Below, one piece after another: positions 12,486-23,989 of a stretch of DNA of 64,000 nt (within the stretch, counting starts at the first letter, position 1; the number at the start of each line of letters is the position of its first letter). Where the stretch lies: NCBI GenBank assembly GCA_013265495.1, contig MU058213.1, positions 5,475,149-5,539,148 on the forward strand, read 5' to 3'. Under the pieces are notes generated by a model. It did no database searches. It was not told the DNA's origin and saw only the letters and a list, made by a program, of their open reading frames with translations. Made by a program: the position numbers and the translations under genes. The DNA comes from Vicugna vicugna. Its lineage: Eukaryota.

Positions 12486-14686
12486 CCACTATCCTCCTCC
12501 CACCAAAACAAAAACATAAAACAAACGAAAAAACAAGACAGGAAAGGGCTCAGGGAACTGCAGCCTGAGCTGACCCTGGATGCCTCTTCTGGCCCCTCAC
12601 CGTCAGCTGCCTCCTAGGACAAGTCCCCTTTGCCAACTGAGAGTCAGCTTCCTCGCTGGCAAATGGAGAAAACGCAACCTCCCTTTTTTAGCACGCAAGG
12701 TTGTGGCGAGGGCCAGGTGAATCACCGATACACACGACTGTCATGTGAGAAACATTGTTTGATGGGGTTACATTCTCATCCATGCGCTGGTCTCCGAATG
12801 AGGGAAGATCCCCTGCACAGCTGGCCTGAGATCATCTTAAAGGCAGAGGTCGTTATCCTCTCCTGAATCTAGGCCAGCCACCCCATTAATCAGCTCCACC
12901 TCAGACCCACCTCCTTGTGTTTACCTCTCTCTGGGAACCATCAGCCTGGTTTGCAGTCTCTGCCAGACCTGTTCTTCCCCGAGCTGGGGCCACCCGATCC
13001 CCACCTGCAGGCCCAGCCCCCTCTCTATGCTGGGCATTTGATCAGGGCCAGCCTCACAGGAAACTGAAATCTTCTCCTGTTACAACTGCCTTGCTTTTTG
13101 CAGGTTCCTGCCTCAGTGCCAGGACTGGACTCTGGGCAGAGGCAGGAGCCTGCAGCCTGATGGTGCTGCCAGCCTGGACTTCTGAGAATCACCTGCGCCT
13201 GAGAATAGCTGGCCTCTGGCCCCTGTCCACTGCCCTATTTGTAGCCTGAGGCTGACTGCCTGCTTGGACCACTTCCTTTTCTTGGAATCACAAACCTATT
13301 GGCGTCTTTGTGGGGTTCGCCAAGTTACCCATCTTCCCAGCAGTTTCAGCTAGGCTCCCACCCTTTATCCAACAACCCCATCCTTCAGTACCTTTCCCTT
13401 CATGGCCTTTTCTTCCCACACTTCATTCTCAAATGTACGTATTTCCCAAGATTTCACCCGGAGGTAAATTCTCTTTTCTGGATATACGGTCCTTTGACAA
13501 TCTGACCTAATAACCTGGATCAACTAGCACCCCCAAGAGGAAGAGGCCCACGGATATAAAGATTATTTTCAAATTAGATGGCCAAGGTCCAAGCCTAATT
13601 AATGGGGGAGTGAAAAGGAGGGTGGGAGTCAAGAGGGAAGCTGGGTCCCAAGAAGGCTGGCCTCTCCCCAAGGCTTTGGAGGGGAAGGCCCAGGCCCCAG
13701 TGGTCTCTGAATCCTCCCAGGCCTGGTGTCCTACCAGGCACAGATGGGTGCAGTTTTTGCTGGATGAATGAATGAATGAACGCACACGTTGGTTCTTCCC
13801 TGTCTGTGCCTTCATGTGTTTTCTGAGGCCGTCAGTCCTCCCTTCTGATATGTGGCGTATGCAAGGGCTGGAGAGAAGGTGCCTAGTCAACCAAGTCCAG
13901 AGAGGACTCATTAGTTCCTGTGAGGGCTGCCCAGGAGTAGAACTCACTTGTCCCTTCAGGAGACCGAGAGGGGACAGAATGGGCACCCAGACTTTGAAAC
14001 AGACCCCCAGCTCCTGCTGTCTCCCTAAGAGAGCCTGGGCGCCACCAGTGTGCTTTCTACTCAGACACCCTCTTGCCTGGGCTTATTGGCAGGCCCTGTA
14101 TTAAACAAGCCCTGACCTGATTTATCTTACTTAAATCCACCCAAGGACCTTCTGAGGCAGACACTACTATTTTCTGCACTTGACAAGAGGAGGAAATAAA
14201 GGCAGGAGGTTAAGTAACTTGAACAGCATCCCACAGCTCATAAAAGTAACAGAACTGGGATTTTTTTCTTTTTTCTGAAATGGTGCTGTTTCATCTTTAA
14301 AATATCCGCAATTTTCCCACATGCTCAGCTTGGCTGAAACGTGTTATTTTCGAATCTAGTAATGAACTACAGGATGGTAGGAGTGGAAGAGCCCCGAGGT
14401 GAATTAGTCCAGGCCAGAGCTGGGGAGAAAGCAGAAGGAAGGCTGAGCATACAGGCTGCAAATGCAAACCCTCCTCTCCCTCTTCCCTCTGCTCCTAAAA
14501 TAAAGCAGAACAAAAGACTGGAAGGTCACTGGATTTAGAGAATTCAGCATCTTCCTCCTAGCTCCCTGTGATTTTATTATTCGAGATAGCAAGAAGGGCC
14601 TATTTCCTAGAGCAAGGAGAAGCTAGGATCCCTCTGCTGGTGGATGCAATCTTGAAAGTAGGTAGGGGCAGGGAGCACTCTGGGCC

Positions 14687-14737
14687 CTCCCTCCAGCTGT
14701 GGGCTTCTCCCTCCAGCTGTGGGCTTCTCCCTCCAGC
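14687..14737. repeat. 20-bp tandem repeat, about 2.6 copies
   Basis: CTCCCTCCAGCTGTGGGCTT x2 plus CTCCCTCCAGC; exact copies. Confidence 0.95.
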
Positions 14738-15319
14738 CCTTCTCTCCAAATGCTGTGAGGCTGCAGATCCTGCAGACTTCCTGGGATTGGCTCCCTGGGA
14801 AGACAGCTCTGTCCTTCAACAAACCCTTGCCTCCCATCTGCATCCCTAATTGGCAACTTCTGGTGACTTCATTTTTCACTCTTGGCTAAAAATGGGTCTC
14901 TGATGATTTATTCTACCCTGGGTGTTGACAAGCTCAAGAAGTTGTGTAGGGCCGCTGCCAGGCACTCGCGGTAATGAAGTGTGACTCACCACTCCGAGGT
15001 CAGTGCGGGGGGAGGCGGGAGAACCAGCTGACGGTACCTGCACTCCATCGCCAGGCCTTCCGCCCTCTTCTGTGACGGCACTACGCTCCTGGGGATGAAA
15101 GGGCCACCCCAGAGCCCTGGGGCAGAGACAGGACAGGCAGCTCCTAGGCCAGTCACATCTTATTTCCCACCCCCAGTGCCAAATGCTAAACTGCCTTTCA
15201 GAGAGAGCTCTAAAAGGGAGCTATAACCCAGCCCTTATTGAATCCACCCAATCACCTGTTCACAAACATGAGCACTAGAAGAAAAAAAATGCTTGAGAAA
15301 GCCTTAGAGGTCATTTAAC

Positions 15320-15440
15320 TCAATCCTATTGTTTTATGGAAAAGAATTTGAGGCCCAGAGAAGCTGAGCAACTTGACTAAGGTCACAAAGTAAGAGGTGG
15401 AGTTGGGACTAGAGCCTCAGTCTTCTGTCTCCCAGCCCTG
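15320..15440 (-). mobile_element. MIR SINE
   Basis: TGAGGCCCAGAGAAGCTGAGCAACTTGACTAAGGTCACA. Confidence 0.8.
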
Positions 15441-16529
15441 TGCTCTGTCTACTGCCCACAGTATTATGAGAACTGAACTAAAGCTCGTGAACGAGTGGAG
15501 GCTGACTCCTTCTCCCCTGGACAGGAGCAAGAAGCACTCACCTTTAAGGGGAGAGACTGCGGGAATTCCGGCTGTGCCCTGTGTTCCTCTCTCACATAGG
15601 GCTCTGTTTGGCAGACAGCCTTTTCCTAGCTTGTGGGGGTCCCTGGAATCCTTGGGGCTCTCCCAGGAACGAGGTCCTCCTCAGAGAAAGGAGGAACCTG
15701 ATAGTGATCCGCAGAGCAAGTTACCCTTATATAGAGCTGAGTGCTTTCATCTGGCTGCTAAATGACCCCATTTCTCGTTTTCTCTCTATTGACCTTCTGG
15801 GTAAATAGCCTGTTTCCTCATGGAGTCAGTAAGTGAAAAGGGCCACAGAGTTCCTCCAGTCTGAAGCTACTGCAGGCAGTCCAGGAACCCCGTCCGCCAC
15901 ACCCCAGAGGGACACTACCCTCCGCCGGAATGCTTCTCAGGATGAGCAGTCCTCCTCCATCCCTCACGGCCCCTCGGCTGCTGCATGGGTCCACGCAGGA
16001 GAGATGACCCTCCAGACCTTTCTGACATCAGCCACTCTGCAATGCCACTTTTGCCTCTTACACCGATGTAGAGCGAGAGCTTTCCCTGCTCTAGACTACA
16101 GCTGTGCCTGGTTCGTGGCTTAAAAGGACAAGCCACACCAGACATAACTGTTCTTGATCCTCCAAAGACTGAGCGTCTATTTGGTGGGCTGGGCAGAACT
16201 CTTATTCAATTTTCTTTTCCCACTCAATTTCCATGGGTTTAAGGGAAAAAAAAAAAAAGAGCTTGCTCACCTCCCCTAGAGAAATTGAGTACTGGATCTG
16301 CCCACTTGCTTCTTGTTAGCTATTCTGGTGAAAGGTCTTACTGGGGAGGAGGTGGAAGCCATCCAAGGTGAGATGCTAGGACACCTGTGCTCTGCAATTA
16401 GCCTCCTCCTCCTCCCCTCACCATTAAAGCAAACCCAGATATTCATGAAAAGTATTATTGTTCTCAATTCCTCATTTGCTTTCTCATTCCCTTTGGAGAC
16501 CACATGTGAATTTCATCCAGTCAAAAAGA

Positions 16530-16830
16530 ACAATTACTTACTATATGCCAGGCAGCATTCCAGGGGTATGACAGTCAAGGAAACAAAGTTCCTGACCCCA
16601 TGAAGCTTATGTTCTGGAAGAGATGACAATAATAAACTAACAAACAATATAATACAATGTCAGGAACTGGCATGCACTGAGAAGGGAAACAGAGAGCAAG
16701 GTAAGGGACAAGTGGGGATGGAGTGGCTATTTTGGGTAAGGGGGAGAAAGGAAGGCCTGGGAGGTGACATTAGAGCAGAGACCGGAATGGAGGAATGGAC
16801 CCCTCCTTGGGAATGTCTGGGGGACATGTT
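16530..16830 (-). mobile_element. L2 fragment
   Basis: CTACTATATGCCAGGCA...CATGAAGCTTATGTTCTGG...GAGGTGACATTAGAGCAGAGAC. Confidence 0.75.
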
Positions 16831-17345
16831 CTAAGATGAAATCCTGCAAGAAATTCCTGATCGGTGTGCGGCTTGGATCAGTTAGAACAATTCAACTGAC
16901 TTTTCACAGATGGGAGTCATTTTCAAGCCAAATATTGCCAGTAGCTAAAGAAATCGACATGGCATTAACTGCACTTAGAAGTCTTTAGCTTTGATAACCT
17001 GATTTCCAGTAGGTGGGACTCTCAGTATATGAATGAAGTGATCAAAAAATCTTATCTTTGTGAAAAGCTCCCTTACATGATACCCTTTTTAATAACCACA
17101 ACTACTCTGCAAGGCAGATATTATAATTCATAGCAATGTTACCGAAGTGAAGTGCCCTGAGCACGCAGATAGGATCTGGTCTTCTGACTCTGGTCCTGAC
17201 CCAGGACATCAGTTTGCAGAAGTGCCCTGTCTCTAATGGAGGTTTTCAGGACTTCACATCTGTATAGAGAAGAGTACAAGAACACCTGAGCTTGTGGATT
17301 TAATTCCAAATCAGCACAATATCTGATGTTGGAGATCAACATCTC

Positions 17346-17776
17346 TGTGGTGGTGTGGCAGTGCACCACTCAGCTGCCTTTCAGGGGGACTTGCTGAGGG
17401 GAGCAGAGTTGCCTGACAGCCCCAGGTAGTGCCCTGTGGACCCACCGTCCTGTTGGTGTCCCCCAGGCTGCTCCCAGCCAGTGGCTGAGCACAGCAGTGG
17501 GGGTAAAATGCTCCTCTACTTGACACAAGCTGAGCCTTTGTGCTCTGGGACTCTTGTTGGCCTGGCCGAAAGGCACTGATGTCAGAGGCTTTTTCTACCC
17601 AATTCGTCCTCCCCTCTCTCCTTTTACAGGTGTCAGACCTGCATTATGGTCTGAAGGTTCTCCCTGCCATCCCCTGCCACCTCCCCCTTTCTCCTTCACA
17701 CACACTTCTCCTAATAAATCTCTTGCATGTTCCAGCTCATCTTGGCATCTGCTTCCTAGAGGATCCACACTGATGT
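17346..17776 (+). mobile_element. ERVL solo LTR (LTR16A-like)
   Basis: TGTGG start; CCCAGCCAGTGGCTGAGCAC; GTCAGACCTGCATTATGGTCTGAAGG; AATAAATCTCTTGCATG...CATCTGCTTCCTAGAGGATCC end. Confidence 0.8.
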
Positions 17777-18197
17777 AATTTCTAATCTAAATAGCTTTGT
17801 TTTACTCCTTTATAGGAGAACTACATTATTAGTTTACTATATCTTTGTCTTTCTGGACTTGAAAAACCCAAAGATAAAAAAAAATTTTTCTCAGCTATTG
17901 GTGTCAGATTTTTGGCCTCATTAATGGTCCATTTTAATTAAAATGCAAAAGGAAATCCTGGAATTTTACTGGTGTTAACAGCAGTGGTTTTGGTCTGAGT
18001 TCTGGTGACAGCCTTTTCTCTTAGCAGTTTCCAATCGGCTTCACAGATCCTTGTCTAAGGCAAACACTTGCTGCTTCATTCCCAGGCTGTGAATTCCTAG
18101 CTTAGAGCTAATCAGAGCTGTCAATGCATATTTGAAAGTATGCCACTGGTTCTAGACTGTTTCTGGGAATACTGTAGGCAGATGCAGGGGTCTGAAC

Positions 18198-18470
18198 TTG
18201 CACTGTCCAATAGAAATGTAATGTGAGCCACACGTGTAATTGTCAATTTTCTAGTAGTCACATTGGAAAAGGAAAAAGAAACAGGTAAACTTAATGATAT
18301 GCTTTGTTTAACCCAAGACATCCAAAATATTATCATATCAACATGTAATGATATGTAAACATCATTGATGAGCTATTTTGCGTTTTTTTCACACTAATTA
18401 TTTAGGTGAGTCACATTTCAAGCGCTCAACCGGCACACGTGGCCAGTGGCTACTCTACTGGACAGAGGAG
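18198..18470. mobile_element. MER33 (Charlie1-derived MITE), internally deleted
   Basis: CTGTCCAATAGAAATGTAATGTGAGCCACA...CACATTTCAAGCGCTCAA...GTGGCTACTCTACTGGACAG. Flanks GTCTGAAC and GTCTAGGC resemble a decayed 8-bp TCTAGA-type TSD. Confidence 0.85.
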
Positions 18471-19577
18471 GTCTAGGCACTCCTAAATCTGAGAATAATA
18501 CCTGGATATGGGGCAGCTGACAAGCTGTTTTTTCTTAGTGATCTTCTAAACTGGTTAAAGATCTCCACCCACCCACGCCCCATTTCGGAATTTGTCAAAT
18601 CATCACCCAAGGGGATTTTTATTCAGGACTTTTTCTTTGTGTGCTAGGTAATAGAAAATATTCATTTTGAAATTAAATATTTCTGGAATTGTGTTCTTAA
18701 GAATATATGGGGTGTTAGCTCTTACAATGATTTTAAATAAACCTTTGCGGCTAGAAAATCAACTGTACAAAAAAGGTGAAGTAATTTCCTTCTCCCATAT
18801 ACGTCTGACTCCAGCAGCTCCAGCAGTTACCCATCACGTGACTGATATCTGCCGCCCTGCCCTCGGAGGAGCCATGTCCCACCTCCCCTGGCAGTTTGTA
18901 CCCCAGCAGAGATGCATTACTATTACAGGAGAGCACTATGATACTCCACTTTTTTATCTGGAATCATGCATTTAACGCCAACTTCACCCAAGGCAAATAC
19001 CGTGTAAGTATTTGTCTACACACTCACTCACTCCATTTTCAACCTTATATTATTATCTCCATTTTACAGTTTAAAGAAATTGAATTTCAGAGAGCAGTAA
19101 CTTGCCCAATGCCACACTGCTAATCATTCCACTAAAAGCTGGCATTGGGAGACCGATATCCTGAACCAATTTACAATGTGGATGGCATTATAAATTGGTT
19201 CAATCTTTTCTGAGATTAACTTGGCATTGTTTAACAAGTTATAAAAATGATCCATGCCCTTTTACACAATGATCTTGGAATTTATTCTAAAGGAATAAAT
19301 AAAATTCACGAGACACACACACACACACATAAACACATCAACTTGCACAAGATATTTATGAAAGATATCTGTGATAGCAAAAAAAACCCCTGCATATACC
19401 CAAAATCTTTCACTCATTTAGCAGACATTTACCGAGTGCTTTCTGAATGTTACAGGTCTAATACCAAGTATTCAGCAGTGGAGAAAAAAACAAAAGGACA
19501 AAGATGATCCCTGCTTTCATGGAGAAGTTTCACACACAAATATACCAGGAGTACAAAAGAAAAATGGAAAATGAGAA

Positions 19578-21472
19578 CCATATGCATAAGTTTAAGTTGT
19601 CCAGTGCCCACATTTAAAAGGTAAAAAGAAACTAGAGAAACTACTCTCAATAACATATTTTACTTAAATCAATGCATCCAAAATATTATTTCAACATGTA
19701 ATAAACATAAGAAACTAATAAGATACTTTACATTCTTTTTTCATGCTAAGTCTTCAAAATCCAGAGTGTTTTTGTATTTACAGCACATCCCAATTTGAAC
19801 ACTAAATTTTCATCAGGAGTACTAGATTTGTAGAGTTCATAAAATTTATCATTAAAAAAACAGTCACATAACCAAGATGTTCCAAACAAACTTAAAGGTT
19901 TCCCAGTAAGTTAGCTGAATATTACAAATAATTTTCTTTTAATATTTGCATCCAATTGACCAAATTAGTTCATTTTTTTTTTTTGGAAGAAATGGTTTGA
20001 CTTTGGAGCAAAAGCGTATCGGTTTCAAAACAATTTTTGTTCAGTTTAGCTAAATTTACTAAATCTTGGATCATCTCAGTCTTACTGACACAAATTCAAA
20101 AGGATATTACGTAAACTGAAAAGCGACTCTGAACTTATCAATATCGACAAAGCTTCCTTCAAGTTTTTCCAGCCAATTTACATAATAACACTGTCAATTA
20201 CAATTAAAATTTTGTGCAATTGATTCATATTAGAAAAAAGATATAAAATTGTTATCACTGATTTGGATTATGAAAATTTTTGATTTCAATATAAATTTTG
20301 GCGCCTGTCTAGCTAGGTCACAAATAATATGCCTTTCCTTTACTTGAAACTTCAAATTTCACATGTCCATATGCAGTGTAGTATCAGTGAGGAGACATGA
20401 ATCACACTGACATTGTGTGTCTTTGATCACTGACCATTTGGCAAATATTCCTTTTGTTTCAAAAAAAAAAAAAAATTGGGCTTCCCAGTACAGCAAATCT
20501 TCGTAAAACTCTTCCCCGACTCAGACAATGAGTCCTGGCAAATAACAGTAAATTCATTAAACCCATTGTCTTCTATTTCTTTCAACATTTCTGGAAACTG
20601 GGATGATTCATAGCATTTGCACATCTATACTGAAGAGTCATAACAATTCCATCCATTACTTATCACAGCATCTCCTCCAGAAAACCCAGCCCAAATATTT
20701 TCAGCATGTGTCACACAGTGAAATGAAGCAAAAATGGAAACATTAGTCTGTTATTTCAAAATTCCAATCAACCTGGATTTTTAAACTGATATAGCTAGAC
20801 CACAGTACGGCATGATAGAAACTAATTTTTTCATATTGAGCTAATGTTCTTCGATAAATAGAAAAGATTAAAAAGTATCCATGCCTTGAGTTCAACTTTT
20901 CTGGGCAAAAGTTTACATTTCTTTGTAAATGTGGAAGTCCTTTGAGAAAAAAATACCTAAACATTACTGTTCCAGTCATAGTAATAGCTGCTACATCTTC
21001 ACTTGATTCCATAGCAGTAATATGCCTTCATTTTAAATTTAAATATTTGTCCATACTTATTTTTAACTAGAAAAATAATTTAATTATGTTACTATTAAAA
21101 TAAATGAATTTTGAAAGTTTCATAAAGGTAATCACTAATTATAATTTCCATGGGTATCATTATAATTCATGTTGCCTGCAAAAAATTTTCAAATAAACAC
21201 AATATTTGTAAGTTATATTAGACGTACAGAAAAAAAAATTCAAGCCTTCCATCAACTTGGGTGAAGTGCATGGGTGTAGACTATAGTAAGATCTTATGCA
21301 ACGTAATTAAATGTCCAACCAAAACAACAAAATTGTGTTTAACAGGAGAAATATTTTATACTGCTAAAGCTTTAAGTTAAATTAGGTTAATTTATATTAA
21401 CTCAGTAATTCCATGCCTCAGTCACCCTGGCCACATTTCAAATACTTGGTGGCCACATGTGACTAGTATTAC
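19578..21472 (-). mobile_element. Charlie1-family hAT DNA transposon with frameshifted transposase remnant
   Basis: Both ends match MER33-type termini. Minus-strand frames give MKKLVSI, FASFHCVTHAENI (hAT CxxH motif), MLKEIEDN and HCLSRGRVLRRF, broken by stops and frameshifts. Confidence 0.85.
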
Positions 21473-21900
21473 AGTAAAGCCTTGTTAGACAGGGAGAGGG
21501 TCCAGATCACTGGGCTATTTCAGACCTGCCTCGTGTTTCTTTGAGGTCCTATGAGTTTGGAGGAGACAAAAGGCATTTGGAGCAGGGCTCCTGGCTGCCC
21601 CCTTCACTGCAACCAGGCTGGCTCCACTTTTATCTGTCTTACATATTAAATCTTCATATAAGGTTTGATTGGAAGAAAGGATCCCAGTGTGTGTTTTTCT
21701 TTAAGATTTGAAAGCTTTGGTCCTCTGTCTCCTTGCTTCTGAAAGTGGTGGATCTAGCCTAGGCATCTCACCCCGACCCAGAGCTGGATGAAAATGCAGG
21801 TTCTTTGGCCCAGTCCCGAGTGATTCATGTGCACATTAAAGTTTAAGAAACTGCGGGCTACGTGGTTTTTTCGGCCCCATTATGCCCTTTCCCTATGAAT

Positions 21901-21948
21901 CATACACACACACACGCACACACACACACACGCACACATACACATACA
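21901..21948. repeat. compound (CA)n microsatellite
   Basis: CA run with CG/TA interruptions. Confidence 0.9.
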
Positions 21949-22189
21949 GTGCTTTGATGAGGAATTACCCATCCTAAAACCACAGCAATATTCTGGCATT
22001 TGAGAAACAATCACAGGTCAGGGAGCACAGCCCTCGGCACTTCCTTTCGGCAGCTGTGACCCATGTGCGGCTCCTGGATTCTGAGTCGGCCCCAACACTT
22101 CCGTCCCACTTCTGCCATTGCTGTGCCTGACGGGCCCGGGAGCACTGCCACTGCAGCAGAAGCTTCACTGATGTGGTAGAGGAGTTAAA

Positions 22190-22405
22190 TGAATCAACCT
22201 TGGAACCGAATTGAGTGGATTTAAATCCCAAATACACCACTCTCTAGTTTTGTGACCTTGGGAAGTTTTCTTAATCTCTTAGTGCCTCATCTGTAAAATG
22301 AGGATAAGAATACAAAGTACATAAAGGGCTCTTATAATGGCTAAATGAATTAATATGGGTAAAGCATTTAGATAGTGCTTGGAACATAGCAAACATTAAT
22401 AAGCA
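22190..22405 (+). mobile_element. MIR SINE
   Basis: TGTGACCTTGGGAAG...GTGCCTCATCTGTAAAATGAGGATAA...TAAATGAATTAATATGGGTAAAGCATTTAG. Confidence 0.85.
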
Positions 22406-22528
22406 ATATAAAAATCAATCAACTTCTGCATATTTTTTTCAATTTTTGATAATAAAAAAAGCAAAAATAGAGCATTTTTCCTTAAACAATTTCCTGTCTC
22501 TGGGCAACTGGAAGTTTTATCTGCTACA

Positions 22529-23007
22529 AGTGGTATATTTATACAATGGAATACTATTCAGCCATAAAAATGACAACATAATGCCATTTGTAGCAACATG
22601 GATGTCCCTGGAAAATGTCATTCTGAGTGAAGTAAGCCAGAAAGAGAAAGAAAAATACCGTATGATATCACTCATTTGTGCAATCTAAAAAAGAAGAAGA
22701 AGAAGACAAATGAACTTAAATATAAAACAGAAACAGACTCACAGACATAGAATTCAAACTTGTGGTTGCTAGGGTGGGAAGTGACAGACTGGGAGTTCAA
22801 GATTTATAGAGATTGACAGGTATATATATAATAGATAAACAAGTTTATACTGTATAGCACAGGGAAATATATTCAAGATCTTGTAGTAGCTCACAGCAAA
22901 AAAGAATATGAAAATGAATATATGTATGTTCATGTATGACTGAAAAATTGTGCTGTACACTAGAAATTGACACATTGTAAACTGACTATAACTCAATTTA
23001 AAAAAAT
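22529..23007 (+). mobile_element. younger, camelid-type L1 3' end (5'-truncated)
   Basis: GCCATTTGTAGCAACATGGATGTCCCTGGAAAATGTCATTCTGAGTG...GCTCACAGCAAAAAAGAATATGAAAATGAATATATGTATGTTCATGTATGACTG...GACTATAACTCAATTT plus A tail. Lineage assignment from memory. Confidence 0.88.
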
Positions 23008-23189
23008 TGATATCACCAAATTACTTTCCAAAATTAGAACTCCACTCACCCAAATGCAAAATATGAAATTATCAGTCTTCCCACATCTTCACTGGTACCC
23101 TCTCTTTTTGTTAATTCTGCTGTTTTCTAAAGAATATGCATGCAGCAGGTTACCTCTCTACCTCAACCTTCATCACATCAGATTCCCAT

Positions 23190-23432
23190 GTCAGTGTACA
23201 TCTGTCCACCCCACAGGATGTACAGCACCAACTGCAAACCCTAACATAAACTATGGACTATGGTAAACTATGATTATGGTGCATCAGTGTAGTTCCTCAG
23301 TCATAACAAATGTACCAAGTGAGGGCTAATAATGGAGGAAGGGCATGGTGGAGAGGGGTGGGAATATAAGGGAAATCTCTGTACCTTCTCAATTTTGCTG
23401 TGAACCTAAGACTGCTTTTAAAAAAAAAAAAA
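23190..23432 (+). mobile_element. L1MC-type 3' end
   Basis: AACCCTAACATAAACTATGGACT...GGGAAATCTCTGTACCTTCTCAATTTTGCTGTGAACCTAAGACTGCT plus poly(A). Confidence 0.85.
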
Positions 23433-23478
23433 GCCTTAAAAAAAAAAAGCAATCAAGTACACACTTTACGGTGGACAC

Positions 23479-23815
23479 TGTGATACACCCCCAGACCCTC
23501 TTCCTTTAGCTGCTGGGAGTGGCACAGAGGATCAGCCACTCTGGAATTGCGTCAGCCGAATGAGCAGTTACTTCCTCGTGGTCGTGTCACATTCCTGACT
23601 GATACAGGAAATATAAATACCAGCTTTCTTGTCTCAGCTCTGAAGGGTCACCCATCTTTAGAAATGCCTGCAGGGTCACCGTGACAGCTTCCCCTGAGAC
23701 TCCGTCACAGCTGGGCTTCTCCCTCTGCTGAATCCTGCTCCCTTCCCAAGGACATCGCTAGTAAACTCCCACGTGCTCCTCTCTGTCTCAGAGTCTGCCT
23801 CCCAGAGAACCCAGA
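23479..23815 (+). mobile_element. ERVL solo LTR (LTR16 group)
   Basis: TGTGATACACCCCCAGACCC start; CTTCTCCCTCTGCTGAATCCTGCT; CTGTCTCAGAGTCTGCCTCCCAGAGAACCC end. Confidence 0.7.
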
Positions 23816-23989
23816 AAGGAGCTTCCTGTTTTAAGAGAGAGGAAGCCACATCAGTATTCTGTAAGAGTTTCTAACTTACAGAATTCATGGTGCAAAGTTC
23901 TTTTGATTTCCCTGTCTGACGCCTCCCACAGATGAAACAGCTGTAAGTTTATACCTCTGCACTAATAGAGAGGTACGTGTGTTTCTTAG

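Noticed and set aside
14899-14940. TGATGA box C suggesting a C/D snoRNA
   Set aside because: No CTGA box D at a suitable distance (CTCA instead) and no terminal stem.
15467-15477. TGAGAACTGAA, the start of mature miR-146
   Set aside because: Match stops after 11 nt (CTA instead of TTC) and there is no hairpin partner.
20427-21012. Possible domesticated ZBED-like transposase gene
   Set aside because: Multiple stops and frameshifts; it is a fossil Charlie1 transposase.
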